Positions 1 through 9,252 of a stretch of 64,000 nt of DNA are shown here, in pieces. A program made the position numbers and the translations under genes. Each line of letters starts with the position of its first letter. The stretch's first letter is position 1. Source of the DNA: an uncultured bacterium (GTDB lineage Bacteria; Patescibacteriota; Minisyncoccia; UBA6257; GWB1-50-10). The notes beneath the pieces were generated by a model. The model did no database searches. It was not told the DNA's origin and saw only the letters and a program-made list of their open reading frames with translations. Where the stretch lies: NCBI GenBank assembly GCA_963713955.1, contig OY970216.1, positions 296,850 through 360,849 on the forward strand. The letters are read 5' to 3'.

Positions 1-324
1 ATCGTCGTCTACGACGATTCCAGGAAACCTTTGGCTTCGTCCGGTTACCTGCATGACGAGATGCCGGACTTGCCCGCGGGGGTTTTCGCTTACACCCGCG
101 TGAACGGCGAGGACCGATTCACGTGGCAGCCGGAGCGGGGAGTGAGAGTAGCGGCGGTCGTCGCGCGGTACAACGGCGGATTTGTCGTGGCCGGTAGATC
201 CTTAAGGGAAGTGGAGAAGCGGGAAGATTGGACACTGCTTCAGGTTGTGATCGCTTGGGCCGTTTCGATCGCGATCGCGGGCGTCACCGCGTACGTTTGG
301 GAAACAAAAAAGGAAGAACTTTAA
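1..324 (+). CDS. Hypothetical membrane protein, 5'-truncated by the window edge
   Basis: Frame 1 is open from base 1 to TAA at 322-324; C-terminal TM helix (WTLLQVVIAWAVSIAIAGVTAYVW). Confidence 0.65.
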   Translation: MVVYDDSRKPLASSGYLHDEMPDLPAGVFAYTRVNGEDRFTWQPERGVRVAAVVARYNGGFVVAGRSLREVEKREDWTLLQVVIAWAVSIAIAGVTAYVWETKKEEL

Positions 325-337
325 AAAAGGGGAGTAT

Positions 338-448
338 ATGGGAAACATCCTGTTGTTCGTGGGTGTTGGGCTCGTGTCGATATTCGGAGTTCTGTGCTTT
401 CACGAATTTCTGGAGCACAAGAGATACTGCAGGAGATCAAAGAAATGA
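338..448 (+). CDS. Putative 36-aa single-TM peptide (MGNILLFVGVGLVSIFGVLCFHEFLEHKRYCRRSKK)
   Basis: AAGGGGAG SD-like site just upstream of ATG 338; hydrophobic N-terminus and basic tail; below the ORF-track length cut-off. Confidence 0.45.
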   Translation: MGNILLFVGVGLVSIFGVLCFHEFLEHKRYCRRSKK

Positions 449-477
449 GCGGTTGTTCGTTGTTAAAACAACCGCTC

Positions 478-1101
478 TTAAATTTTTGTGGCGGCCCGGT
501 GATTCTTGACGTATTTTTTGAGCTTCAGACCGAAGATGACTATCAATAAGATGGTAAGGAGTGAGTAAAAAGCGAACGAAGCACCCCCGAAATCTTGGGC
601 CACTTTCTGCCAGTATGATCCCATGAAATGCCCCGACAGAGCGTACCCTCCACTCCAAGTTACCGCCGAAAGAATTACGGTCAGGAGGAACGTACGCGGC
701 TTGATTTGGATGAGACCGGCGGCCACCGACGTATAGCCCCTGACGTAAGGAATGAGACGGCCAACGTAGATGCCCCACCAGTTCTTCTCGATTATCCTTT
801 CGCCGATGTGCTCCAGATGTTCGATTTTTATGGGAATCCACTTCGGTTTTTTGTCCAGAATGGTTTTCCCGAAGAAATAGAACACGAAAAACAGTATTGA
901 GGTGCCGATGAAATCGGCGGCGATGACTGAGAGGAGTACCAAGGTTAAACTCAAAACGTTGATGGACGTGAGGTAGCCGGCGAAGAGGAGAACGAATTCG
1001 TTGGGGACCGGATTGGGAACGCCGATCTCCTGGAGGAAGACCAGTGAGAAGATCGCGAGGTACCCGTACTGGGTTATGTAACTCGCCAGTTCTGCAGGCA
1101 T
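478..1101 (-). CDS. dedA: DedA family membrane protein
   Basis: Motifs YGYLAIF..FLQEIGVPNPVPNE..LLFAGYL and GRLIPYVRGYTSVAAG. Confidence 0.9.
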   Translation of the reverse strand: MPAELASYITQYGYLAIFSLVFLQEIGVPNPVPNEFVLLFAGYLTSINVLSLTLVLLSVIAADFIGTSILFFVFYFFGKTILDKKPKWIPIKIEHLEHIGERIIEKNWWGIYVGRLIPYVRGYTSVAAGLIQIKPRTFLLTVILSAVTWSGGYALSGHFMGSYWQKVAQDFGGASFAFYSLLTILLIVIFGLKLKKYVKNHRAATKI

Positions 1102-1163
1102 TAATTCATTATAGCGGTGAGTGCTTAATTTTAAAAGCTGTTATAGAATAGAGAACGTAAACA

Positions 1164-1877
1164 ATGAAAATTTCAATCGTCGTGCCGGCTCGCAATGAAG
1201 CCGGAGTCATAGAAAAAACCCTTCTCTCGGTCATGTCGCAGGAGCTGGATGGGAGTGACGAACTCGAAATAATAGTCGTTGTCAACGATTCTACCGACGA
1301 TACTGCGGAAGTAGCAAAAAAAGTTCTGAATTCCTCAGGTCGAGTGGTTTTTGAGAACCGGAGGGGAGCCAATTTCGCCCGGCAAAAAGGGTTTAAGGAA
1401 TCGACCGGCGACATTGTTTGCTTCGTCGATGCAGATTCATGGATTCCGCCGCGCTGGGCAAGCAATGTTAAGGAAATTCTTCAGAGGGGGTATGCGGGCG
1501 TCTCGGGGCCGTACCATTACAATTTCCCCGAATTGCGATTAAGGGTAGCCAATTGGCTTTTCAACTGGATTGTGCTCCCGACATTGCCGGATCTTCTTTA
1601 CGTTCTTTATCGGAAGAGAGCGGCGGTCGTGCTTGGAGGGAACTTCGCGGCTACCCGCGAAGCGCTTCGGAAAATCGGGGGAATTCCTACAACGGACCTG
1701 AAGAAGGGAGATGACGCGGTGATAGCCATGCTTCTGGCGAGGAAAGCGGGTCGGGTCGCCTTCTCTCATAAAGTCTGGGCTGTGTCTTCGCCCCGTAGGT
1801 ACGAAGAATACGGAGCGAAGAGAGTTCAAAAGGAATATGCTGACGCGTATTTCGGCGCCTATCACAGAATCGATTGA
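1164..1877 (+). CDS. Glycosyltransferase family 2
   Basis: ISIVVPARNE, VVNDSTDDT, ARQKG..GDIVCFVDAD (DxD), GGNFA, SSPRR. Confidence 0.9.
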   Translation: MKISIVVPARNEAGVIEKTLLSVMSQELDGSDELEIIVVVNDSTDDTAEVAKKVLNSSGRVVFENRRGANFARQKGFKESTGDIVCFVDADSWIPPRWASNVKEILQRGYAGVSGPYHYNFPELRLRVANWLFNWIVLPTLPDLLYVLYRKRAAVVLGGNFAATREALRKIGGIPTTDLKKGDDAVIAMLLARKAGRVAFSHKVWAVSSPRRYEEYGAKRVQKEYADAYFGAYHRID

Positions 1878-1897
1878 CTTCTGATATAATCATTAGG

Positions 1898-2590
1898 ATG
1901 AAAATAAAATGGAATGAAGTTACGTGGTATTCGAGGATTTTGGCGCTCGTGATTTTCCTGGCTTTGCCGTTTTTGGGATTCTATCTTGGGTATCGGTACG
2001 GCATCGTTCAGATGTCGGCACCGGTCATCGTGCTCACGAGTCCGAGGGGCGATGCCACGGCTATCGACGAGATAAGTTCCACTTCAAGCTGGGCGACGTT
2101 CCAGAGCGACAAGTACGGCTTTTCGTTCAGGTATCCGATGGAGCTCGAGATGATGAATCCGGTCGGAATGTGGAAGTATTTCGCTTCCGCAACGAGTACG
2201 GGTGTTCAGGTCGTGAAGCTCGAGGTGCCGAAGATTTTCGAACCGGGCACCAACTTCGGCGACGCTGAGTTCAACGTCGGCGTGAGTTCTGCGAGTTCGG
2301 ATATGCAAGATTGTTTCCTGCCCATGAACGGCGAGGCCGCCTCGTCGACTTTATACTTGAACGGCACGACGTTTTACGGATTTGCCGGAGAGGACGCCGG
2401 AGCCGGCAATTACTACCAAGTTGAGTCCTACCGTGCCGTACACGACAATGCCTGCTACGATATAGATATGATTGTCCACTCGACGAACCTCGCGAATTAT
2501 CCTCCCGAATTCGGCCTGAAGCAGTTTGATGAGAACAAAATTCACGGCTTGCTGTCGGAAATACTTCAGTCGTTTACCTTCACTCAATAA
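1898..2590 (+). CDS. Membrane-anchored exported hypothetical protein
   Basis: N-terminal TM helix, then W.TF...YGFSFRYP motif and C-terminal ILQSFTF; ATG 1898 lies 7 nt after TATAAT. Confidence 0.7.
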   Translation: MKIKWNEVTWYSRILALVIFLALPFLGFYLGYRYGIVQMSAPVIVLTSPRGDATAIDEISSTSSWATFQSDKYGFSFRYPMELEMMNPVGMWKYFASATSTGVQVVKLEVPKIFEPGTNFGDAEFNVGVSSASSDMQDCFLPMNGEAASSTLYLNGTTFYGFAGEDAGAGNYYQVESYRAVHDNACYDIDMIVHSTNLANYPPEFGLKQFDENKIHGLLSEILQSFTFTQ

Positions 2591-2592
2591 AG

Positions 2593-3387
2593 ATGGGAAA
2601 TAAAAAATTGAAAGAAGCCGTCGGAATAGTCGTCGCGATCGTGGCTATCACCCTCGTCGCTTATTTCGGGTTTTTGAAAGGCGGGGCAGGGAGCGTGAAA
2701 ACACCTGCGCCGACCACCCTCGTTATTTCGGAGCAACCGCTCGACGAGGCTGGCCCGGGTTATTCCATAATCGGATCTTATCCGGTTCTCCAGGGCGGAA
2801 AAGAGAGCGGTGCTTTTAACGGCTATATTTCTTCAATGGTCCAGTCCCGAATTGATGATTTCAAACAATCCTTCGGCGAGAGGGACATTTCGAGGTTACC
2901 GCTGGAGATGCAGGAAGTCACAAGTACCCTCATAATCAATTATTCAATAGAAGCAACGTCGACCGATTTCATGAGTGTTCTTTTGTCGTCCGAAAGCTAC
3001 TTAGTCGGCATGGCGCATCCGTCGCACGCCATGGATTCCGTGAATTTCGATTTGACGACGGGGAAAGATTTGGCCTTGGGGGATTTCTTCGCCCCCGGGT
3101 CGGATTATTTGAAAATTATCGCCGATTACGCGAAAAGCGACATTTTGAATCAGATCAAGGATGGAACGTATTTCTCGACCGAAGATTACCTGGATCAGAG
3201 CGGAGGACTTCTTCCCGATGAATCGAATTTCCAGGTGTTCAATGTAACCCCCGACGCGCTGGTTGTCCATTTCCAGGAATATCAAGTAGGACCCTACGTT
3301 TCGGGTCCCGCGACGACCACGATTCCCTGGAGCATCTTCAAGGGTGTTTTGAATCCCGTGGGCCCGTTGAACCGTTTATTTCATTGA
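2593..3387 (+). CDS. DUF3298/DUF4163 (RsiV/PdaC-like) membrane-anchored protein
   Basis: GMAHP, NFDLTTGKDLALGDFF, FQEYQVGPY..G....IPW. Confidence 0.75.
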   Translation: MGNKKLKEAVGIVVAIVAITLVAYFGFLKGGAGSVKTPAPTTLVISEQPLDEAGPGYSIIGSYPVLQGGKESGAFNGYISSMVQSRIDDFKQSFGERDISRLPLEMQEVTSTLIINYSIEATSTDFMSVLLSSESYLVGMAHPSHAMDSVNFDLTTGKDLALGDFFAPGSDYLKIIADYAKSDILNQIKDGTYFSTEDYLDQSGGLLPDESNFQVFNVTPDALVVHFQEYQVGPYVSGPATTTIPWSIFKGVLNPVGPLNRLFH

Positions 3388-3436
3388 TTCAAAATGCTAT
3401 AATAGTCTAAAGGCCGATTTATTGAGGATAAAAGAT

Positions 3437-3601
3437 ATGTGGAAACAGTGGGTTAATTTCGTGGTGGGCGTCATCCTCGTGATCATGTCCCTCACGGCCG
3501 CAACGGTGGATGTCTACTATTTGATCGGCGGCGTGATCGTTGCAGTCCTCGCCATATGGTCTGCCATGGAGAAAAAGGGTGGGCCAGCGATGCCGCACTA
3601 A
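3437..3601 (+). CDS. 54-aa two-TM small protein (SPW-repeat-like)
   Basis: MWKQWVNFVVGVILVIMSLTAATVDVYYLIGGVIVAVLAIWSAMEKKGGPAMPH; own TGcTATAAT promoter (3395-3403), GAGGA SD and downstream terminator. Confidence 0.65.
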   Translation: MWKQWVNFVVGVILVIMSLTAATVDVYYLIGGVIVAVLAIWSAMEKKGGPAMPH

Positions 3602-3624
3602 TCGGTCATTTTGGATGGGACAAG

Positions 3625-3654
3625 AAGCACCTCCTTGGGGAGGTGCTTTGTTTT
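3625..3654 (+). terminator. Intrinsic terminator
   Basis: AAGCACCTCC-TTGG-GGAGGTGCTT followed by TGTTTT. Confidence 0.75.
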
Positions 3655-3678
3655 GGGAGTCATGATATGCTACAGGGT

Positions 3679-4350
3679 ATGCGATTCGGGAGAATCATCA
3701 TGTGGGGAGCGGTTGTCGTTGCCGTCGCGGCTGTCGTTTACGGTCTCATCTGGTTACAGGAAACCTCCCCGGTCAATCGATCCCAAGCCGTGGGGAACGG
3801 AAACGTCTCGGTGCCGCCGCCAACTGCCGCGGATTGGGCGGAAGGCAGCCCGAGCGCCTCGACGACGCTCATCGAGTACGGCGATTTTCAGTGCCCCGTT
3901 TGTTCCGTTTACGCGCCCATCTCGGATCAACTCGTAAAGGATTTTCAAGGCAAACTTCTTTTCGTTTACCGGTATTTCCCGCTTGAGACGATACATGAAA
4001 ACGCTGCGCTTTCCGCAGCCGCTGCGGAGGCGGCCGGCAAGCAGGGGAAATTCTGGGAAATGCACGATTTGCTTTTCAAAAACCAGAATTCGTGGGCTGA
4101 CCAGAGTTCGGCCGACGCCGGAAAGACCTTCGCGGGATATGCCTCGGAACTCGGCTTGAACGCGCAAGAGTTCGAAGCCGATATGGATTCAGCGGCGGTC
4201 GGCGCAAAGATACAAGCCGATTATGCGAATGATTTGAAAATGGGATTGAGCTACACGCCGACCTTCTTCCTCGACGGCAAGCTGATCCAAAATCCCCAAG
4301 GTTATGACGAATTCAAACAGCTCATCCAACAATCGCTCGGCGCGAATTAA
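3679..4350 (+). CDS. DsbA-family thiol-disulfide oxidoreductase (membrane-anchored)
   Basis: EYGDFQCPVC, YRYFPL..H..A..AA.AAEAAGKQGKFWEMHD, TPTFF; likely start is ATG 3679. Confidence 0.9.
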   Translation: MRFGRIIMWGAVVVAVAAVVYGLIWLQETSPVNRSQAVGNGNVSVPPPTAADWAEGSPSASTTLIEYGDFQCPVCSVYAPISDQLVKDFQGKLLFVYRYFPLETIHENAALSAAAAEAAGKQGKFWEMHDLLFKNQNSWADQSSADAGKTFAGYASELGLNAQEFEADMDSAAVGAKIQADYANDLKMGLSYTPTFFLDGKLIQNPQGYDEFKQLIQQSLGAN

Positions 4351-4768
4351 AACCTTCGTTGTAGCGATTCTTATTCTGGCGACCATCGGGTTCGTCGATG
4401 CGGCGTACCTCACGGTCAACCACTATCTCGGCACCCCGCTGCCGTGCTCGATCGTGAACGGATGCGAAAAAGTGACGACGAGCGTTTACTCGGTCGTCTT
4501 GGGTGTTCCTCTGCCGCTCATCGGCGCCGTCTACTACCTCGCACTTCTTGTTTTGTCCGTCGCTTTTCTCGATGCGGAAAAAAAAGAACTGATCGCCGCG
4601 ATGTTGGGGATTTCGGGCCTCGGTTTTCTCGCGTCGCTCTTCCTGGTTTATCTCCAAATCTTCGTCCTCCGCTCTCTCTGCCCCTACTGCCTGGTCTCGG
4701 CGGCCGATTCAACGCTGATTTTTATCCTCTTGTACGAAGGAAATAAGCAAAAGCGCGACGAAGCTTAA
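4304..4768 (+). CDS. Vitamin K epoxide reductase (VKOR) family protein
   Basis: CSIVNGCEKVTTSVYS loop cysteines and CPYC in TM4; adjacent to DsbA. Confidence 0.9.
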   Translation: MTNSNSSSNNRSARIKTFVVAILILATIGFVDAAYLTVNHYLGTPLPCSIVNGCEKVTTSVYSVVLGVPLPLIGAVYYLALLVLSVAFLDAEKKELIAAMLGISGLGFLASLFLVYLQIFVLRSLCPYCLVSAADSTLIFILLYEGNKQKRDEA

Positions 4769-5872
4769 GAGTATCGAGAATGCGAAGGGCGCCCTGAATT
4801 CTATCGTCTGCCACAGAAATCCCGCGATGACCGACGCGGGGAGGGCGATGAACCCCATGACCATCGCGAAGCTCCCGAGAAAGCTCGCCCGGAGTTCCGG
4901 CGGCGAGAAATCCGCCACGATGGTTTTGAGATTCCCTTCGTAGGCGCCGTAGTGAAGACCGTAGACGGCGAATCCTAAAAGGAACATGGCGAAGGAAGCG
5001 GCCGTCGCGAAAAAGAAATTGGTGATTATGAAAAGGAGATAAGCGCCGACGAGCACCATTTTCCTTCCGATCTTGTCAGCCAATTTCCCGAAGGGAATGG
5101 CCGCGAGGGCGGAGACCAGTATGAAAACTCCATAGAGAAGCGTCACCTGTTCGATGGAGAAGCCGCTCGTTTTTGCCGCGAGGATGTAGAAGGAATCGGT
5201 GAAGGCTCCGAGCGTGAAAACGGCCGAGGCAAGCGTGAACAAGCGGAGATTCTTGCTCGCGAGGCGGAACGAAAACGAAAGCTTTTTGGTCTCCTCCGTT
5301 TTGGGCCCTCTCTCGCGTATGAAAATGAGAACGAGGAGCGCCCCCATGAGGGAGGGTATCGCCGCGACCCAGAAAAGCTGCCGTTGCGTCAAACTGACGA
5401 CGAGAACGAGCGAGGCGAGGAGTCCGAAGAGCGCGCCGGTCCGATCTGCCGCCCGGAGTGCGCCGAAGGCCGTGGCCCGGACGTTGTACTTCTTGATGTC
5501 CGCGACGATCGCGTCCCGCGGCGCGTCCCTCAATTTCCCTCCCCGATCGAGGATTTTTCCCGGGATGACTTGCCAAGGGACGTTTGACACCGCGTAAACC
5601 ACGCGGCTCAAGAAGGCGCTCAAGTAGCCGAGCCATATGAAGATTTTCCTTTTCTTCAGCTTGTCCGACAAAAATCCGGAGAATGCCTGGGAAAAGGAGG
5701 TCAGAGCGTCTCCGAAGCCGTCGACGAACCCGAGGAACGTCGTCGAAGCGCCGAGAGTTACAGTTACAAACACGGGCCAGATGACGGTCACGAGGTAGTA
5801 GCCGACATCGTTAAGGAACGAGGCGGCCGCGAAGACAAGGATGGTCTTCTTGTTCTCTTTTTCCAGTGGCAT
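4709..5872 (-). CDS. MFS transporter
   Basis: About 12 TM helices; GFLSDKLKKRK and GKLADKIGRK (motif A); DRGGKLRDAPRDA. Confidence 0.9.
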   Translation of the reverse strand: MPLEKENKKTILVFAAASFLNDVGYYLVTVIWPVFVTVTLGASTTFLGFVDGFGDALTSFSQAFSGFLSDKLKKRKIFIWLGYLSAFLSRVVYAVSNVPWQVIPGKILDRGGKLRDAPRDAIVADIKKYNVRATAFGALRAADRTGALFGLLASLVLVVSLTQRQLFWVAAIPSLMGALLVLIFIRERGPKTEETKKLSFSFRLASKNLRLFTLASAVFTLGAFTDSFYILAAKTSGFSIEQVTLLYGVFILVSALAAIPFGKLADKIGRKMVLVGAYLLFIITNFFFATAASFAMFLLGFAVYGLHYGAYEGNLKTIVADFSPPELRASFLGSFAMVMGFIALPASVIAGFLWQTIEFRAPFAFSILLSFVALLLISFVQEDKNQR

Positions 5873-5908
5873 TCATAAATGATAACACGAATGTGGTAAA
5901 ATTTTAGG

Positions 5909-7387
5909 ATGAAGACATCCGAGTGGCTGAAGGAAAATCCGACACTCCAGAATTTCAAGCGAAAGCACCCCAGGACCTATGGTTTCTTTGGGAGAAGATT
6001 TTCCGGAAGCGGGCGCTACGGCAGGCGCTTCACGGGAGGGATCGTCCTCAGCCTCGCGCTTTTCGTTCTTTTTCTGGAACTCACCTGGGATGTGGTTTTT
6101 GCGGAAATCACGGCGTTCGATTCGAGTGTCATGAATTTTATTTACACGTTCAGGAATCTCGATTTCGCCAAATACTTCTTGTTTTTCACCGATCTTGGAG
6201 ATTGGCAAACGATAATATTCCTGGGTGTCGTTTTATTCGCTTTGTTCTTGATGCTGGGGAAAAAAAGGAAGGCCCTGTTTTTCTTCGGGACGCTGGCTTC
6301 GAGTGAAATATTTTACCTCCTCGTTAAGCTCGTCATAGCGAGGCCACGCCCGAGCGTTTTTTATTCTCTCGTCTCGAGGAGCGGGTTTTCTTTTCCGAGC
6401 GGGCACGCCGTGGGATCCGTCGTCTTTTACGGGTTTGCCGCATATCTTCTGGCCGGCATGTTCAAAAAGCGCCTGCCGAAGATTTTGATCTGGCTCCTCG
6501 GCGTCTTCGTTGTTCTAAACGTCGGCCTCTCGCGGATATATCTCGGCGTCCATTGGACATCCGATGTTTTGGGAGGGTGGTTGTTAGGTCTCTCTATCGC
6601 GATATTTTCCATCTTTTTCATGAAAGATCTGGCGAGGTCGAAGCCCGAAATCGAGAAGCCCGTTTTCTCGAAAAAATCGATACATCAAATCACGGCCGGC
6701 TTTCTCTTTCTGTCGTTCCTCTTCATCTATTATTTCTATGCCGATAACCCTCTCCTTTACAAACCGTTGCCGGCCCCTCCCACGCCCATTCTCCTCGACG
6801 CGAGTTCAAGCGTTGCCGATATGGTTTCGAGAAGTGATTTTCCAAAGTTTTCTGAGGCGATCGACGGGGACAAAATGGAACCGATGAGTTTCATAATTAT
6901 CGGCTCGAAGGGGGAATTGGTGTCGGCTTTCAAGTCGGAGGGGTGGATTATTGCCGATCCGCCGACGACGGCGAATTTTCTAAGGCTGGCTCTGGCCGCC
7001 GTGGAAGGGAAGCAGTACGACGCGGCCCCGGCTTCGCCGTCGTTTTTGAACGCGGAACCGGAGCTTTTGACCTTCGAGAAAGACATAGGGGGTACTTTCA
7101 AGGTGAGACATCACGCGAGGTTTTGGGAAACCCAGTTCGTTTACGGAGGAGAGCCGGTGTGGGTCGCCTCGGCCAGTTTCGACCAGGGACTTCAGAGTTA
7201 TCTTATCTACCATAAGATCAGTCCGGACATCGATACGGAAAGGGATTACGTAAACGCAGATCTCTTGAAATCGGGATTCGTCAGGAGTGAAACGGAAATA
7301 CAATCGGTGCCGCCGATGATGGGAGAGGACTTCGCGGAAGATCCGTTCTTCACGAATGGCAAGGCCTACGTGATATTCCTGAGGTAG
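5909..7387 (+). CDS. PAP2 phosphatase fused to LssY C-terminal-like domain
   Basis: K...ARPRP, SFPSGH, SRIYLGVHWTSDV; C-terminal RHHARFW..VWVASASFD..HKISPDIDTERD. Confidence 0.85.
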   Translation: MKTSEWLKENPTLQNFKRKHPRTYGFFGRRFSGSGRYGRRFTGGIVLSLALFVLFLELTWDVVFAEITAFDSSVMNFIYTFRNLDFAKYFLFFTDLGDWQTIIFLGVVLFALFLMLGKKRKALFFFGTLASSEIFYLLVKLVIARPRPSVFYSLVSRSGFSFPSGHAVGSVVFYGFAAYLLAGMFKKRLPKILIWLLGVFVVLNVGLSRIYLGVHWTSDVLGGWLLGLSIAIFSIFFMKDLARSKPEIEKPVFSKKSIHQITAGFLFLSFLFIYYFYADNPLLYKPLPAPPTPILLDASSSVADMVSRSDFPKFSEAIDGDKMEPMSFIIIGSKGELVSAFKSEGWIIADPPTTANFLRLALAAVEGKQYDAAPASPSFLNAEPELLTFEKDIGGTFKVRHHARFWETQFVYGGEPVWVASASFDQGLQSYLIYHKISPDIDTERDYVNADLLKSGFVRSETEIQSVPPMMGEDFAEDPFFTNGKAYVIFLR

Positions 7388-7391
7388 ATTC

Positions 7392-7601
7392 GGAGAAAGA
7401 GTTCAGTCTCTCACGGGCGTAAATTTCTGCTCGGATAAATTCTCCTCACTCATCCTGGGAAATTGACGGAATTTATCAAACTCAACCCCGACCTGTTGGT
7501 CGGGGGATTCAGACAGTGATAAATTCCTATTTCCTGCGTCTTCGCTCGGGAATTTATACCCTCGCCTCAACAAAGCCCGCTCAAGACAGAACTCTTTCTC
7601 C
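7392..7601. repeat. Structured intergenic repeat, copy A (210 bp)
   Basis: Terminal IR GGAGAAAGAGTTC/GAACTCTTTCTCC; nested stems; loop motifs shared with 19874-20090 and 59984-60201. Confidence 0.75.
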
Positions 7602-7667
7602 TTGTTTTTTTCATTAGTGGAGCCACTTCGATTGATTAGCCATTAGGTTAATCAGAAATTTCGTATT

Positions 7668-8870
7668 CTATTTCTGCGCATTATAGATAGCTTGAATCTC
7701 AGCGGCGGATAAAACTCTACTATAGACGCGGACGTCATCAATTGAATAAATTGGGCTGCCAGAACCTCCACCGCCACCAATCGTCGCGTCCTGCTGACTA
7801 GGTACCCAAGAATTACTAATACTTCCAGAACCGACAAGCGCGCCGTTCACATAAACATAGCCCTTTTGATTAACTGTATCCCAAGCGACCGACACGAATA
7901 ACCAGGTATTGTTTGACATGCTTGGCTGCACAGCGAATTCATAGGCAGCTGAATCTTGGAATACGGCCTGCATGCTTCCTGGAGCACCATAATTATTTCT
8001 TACAAACAGATGGCTACGCGTATTATCCCAACCATCAAAAATAGGCCAACCAACGTTATTCCAACTGGCGGAATTCACCCAAAGGGTCAGCGTGCCCCTT
8101 TGAGGAAAACTTGAATTATACAAAGTGGGAATATTTACATACTGACTCGAGCTATTAGCATTAATAGTTAAACATCCGTTAACCTTGCAACTGGGAGCCC
8201 ATGTAGGGTTGCCTACCACCGTCCCCCCATTCCCATTCCCTGATCTGTCCCCCGGGTCTCCATCCAGCGGCCACCATCCTACTAATCCCTCACTCCTTCC
8301 AATAAGGGATAGGTCAGAACCGATCTCATACTTCCCAGGATCATAGCCTTGGTCTTGGGATGCAGTAGAATTGAGGTATTTCTGTGATTCCAAGGCACTG
8401 GACAAGGCATAGGAGCCTCCTGATACGTAGGTATAGTAGAGTCCAGTGCTTGTGGTATTCGTAGGGTCTATCGGGAGCTTGGATAAAGGGGATCCTGATG
8501 AAATAAGGGTGAGATTCACGGGAATCCAGCCTGTTCCGTCTACTCTTGTTGAGGAAGAGCTTGGAACACAGTGATAGGCCCATCCTGGGGGAGGAGAAGA
8601 CAGTCCCAGATTGGCACAGGTGGATGTGGTATCGGGAACTGATACGTAGAGGGTATTCGGAGTCCCTAAGGACTGGGTATATTGATCTGCTTGGAAGAGG
8701 GATAAGGCACTATTCAGGGCTGAAAGATCAGAGAGCCTGGTTGAATCTCTTCCTTGAGCTAAGAGCTGGGCGGGATTCAAGACCAAGACGACGGCGGTTG
8801 CAAGGACGGCTAAGATCGCGATCACGACCAGGAGCTCGATCAGAGTAAAAGATTCCCGAGAATGAGGCAT
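7668..8870 (-). CDS. Type IV pilin-like protein with C-terminal LamG/concanavalin-A-like domain (paralog 1)
   Basis: RES|FTLIELLVVIAILAVL class III signal; GLVGWWPLDG...DDVRVYSRVLSAAEI LamG signature; ATG 8870 lies 7 nt after TATAAT. Confidence 0.9.
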   Translation of the reverse strand: MPHSRESFTLIELLVVIAILAVLATAVVLVLNPAQLLAQGRDSTRLSDLSALNSALSLFQADQYTQSLGTPNTLYVSVPDTTSTCANLGLSSPPPGWAYHCVPSSSSTRVDGTGWIPVNLTLISSGSPLSKLPIDPTNTTSTGLYYTYVSGGSYALSSALESQKYLNSTASQDQGYDPGKYEIGSDLSLIGRSEGLVGWWPLDGDPGDRSGNGNGGTVVGNPTWAPSCKVNGCLTINANSSSQYVNIPTLYNSSFPQRGTLTLWVNSASWNNVGWPIFDGWDNTRSHLFVRNNYGAPGSMQAVFQDSAAYEFAVQPSMSNNTWLFVSVAWDTVNQKGYVYVNGALVGSGSISNSWVPSQQDATIGGGGGSGSPIYSIDDVRVYSRVLSAAEIQAIYNAQK

Positions 8871-8941
8871 TTGATTGATTATAACATTATCTAGGGAAGG
8901 TTTGTTCTTCCTGCCCACCCAAAAGTTTTCCACAGGAGCTA

Positions 8942-8970
8942 TTGACCTGAATTCCTTTTCCGGATATGAT
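8942..8970 (+). promoter_or_regulatory. Sigma70-type promoter
   Basis: TTGACC-N17-TATGAT; ATG of the leader ORF 7 nt downstream. Confidence 0.75.
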
Positions 8971-8977
8971 TATAAAA

Positions 8978-9064
8978 ATGCAAAACTTAAGGTCGAATTC
9001 GATATTGTTCATCATCATTGCCCTCCTCCTTAGGAAGGGGACTTTGAGTTTTGCTAGAGCATAG
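8978..9064 (+). CDS. Putative 28-aa leader peptide MQNLRSNSILFIIIALLLRKGTLSFARA
   Basis: Leaderless ATG at the predicted TSS; run of Ile/Leu codons between attenuator segments 1 and 2. Confidence 0.6.
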   Translation: MQNLRSNSILFIIIALLLRKGTLSFARA

Positions 9065-9125
9065 AATTGTAAAGGAGAAATCGAATCAAAACTTAAAGCC
9101 CCCGACCGAAAGTCGAGGGCTTTTC
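8980..9125 (+). promoter_or_regulatory. Putative transcription attenuator (1:2 / 2:3 / 3:4)
   Basis: 8980-8994 pairs with 9040-9054; 9038-9053 alternatively pairs with 9087-9101; terminator AAAGCCC-C-CGAC-CGAAA-GTCG-A-GGGCTTT at 9095-9123. Confidence 0.65.
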
Positions 9126-9252
9126 GTTTCGGGACCCGAGATTTGTCCACTTGGCAAGCAGGTAAATCTTGGGCTCTGAAGGAAACTTCATTGTCCCAAG
9201 AGTTCTTTGTCAAACTGTTCACTTAAACAAAACACTAAGAAGGAGAAAAGTG

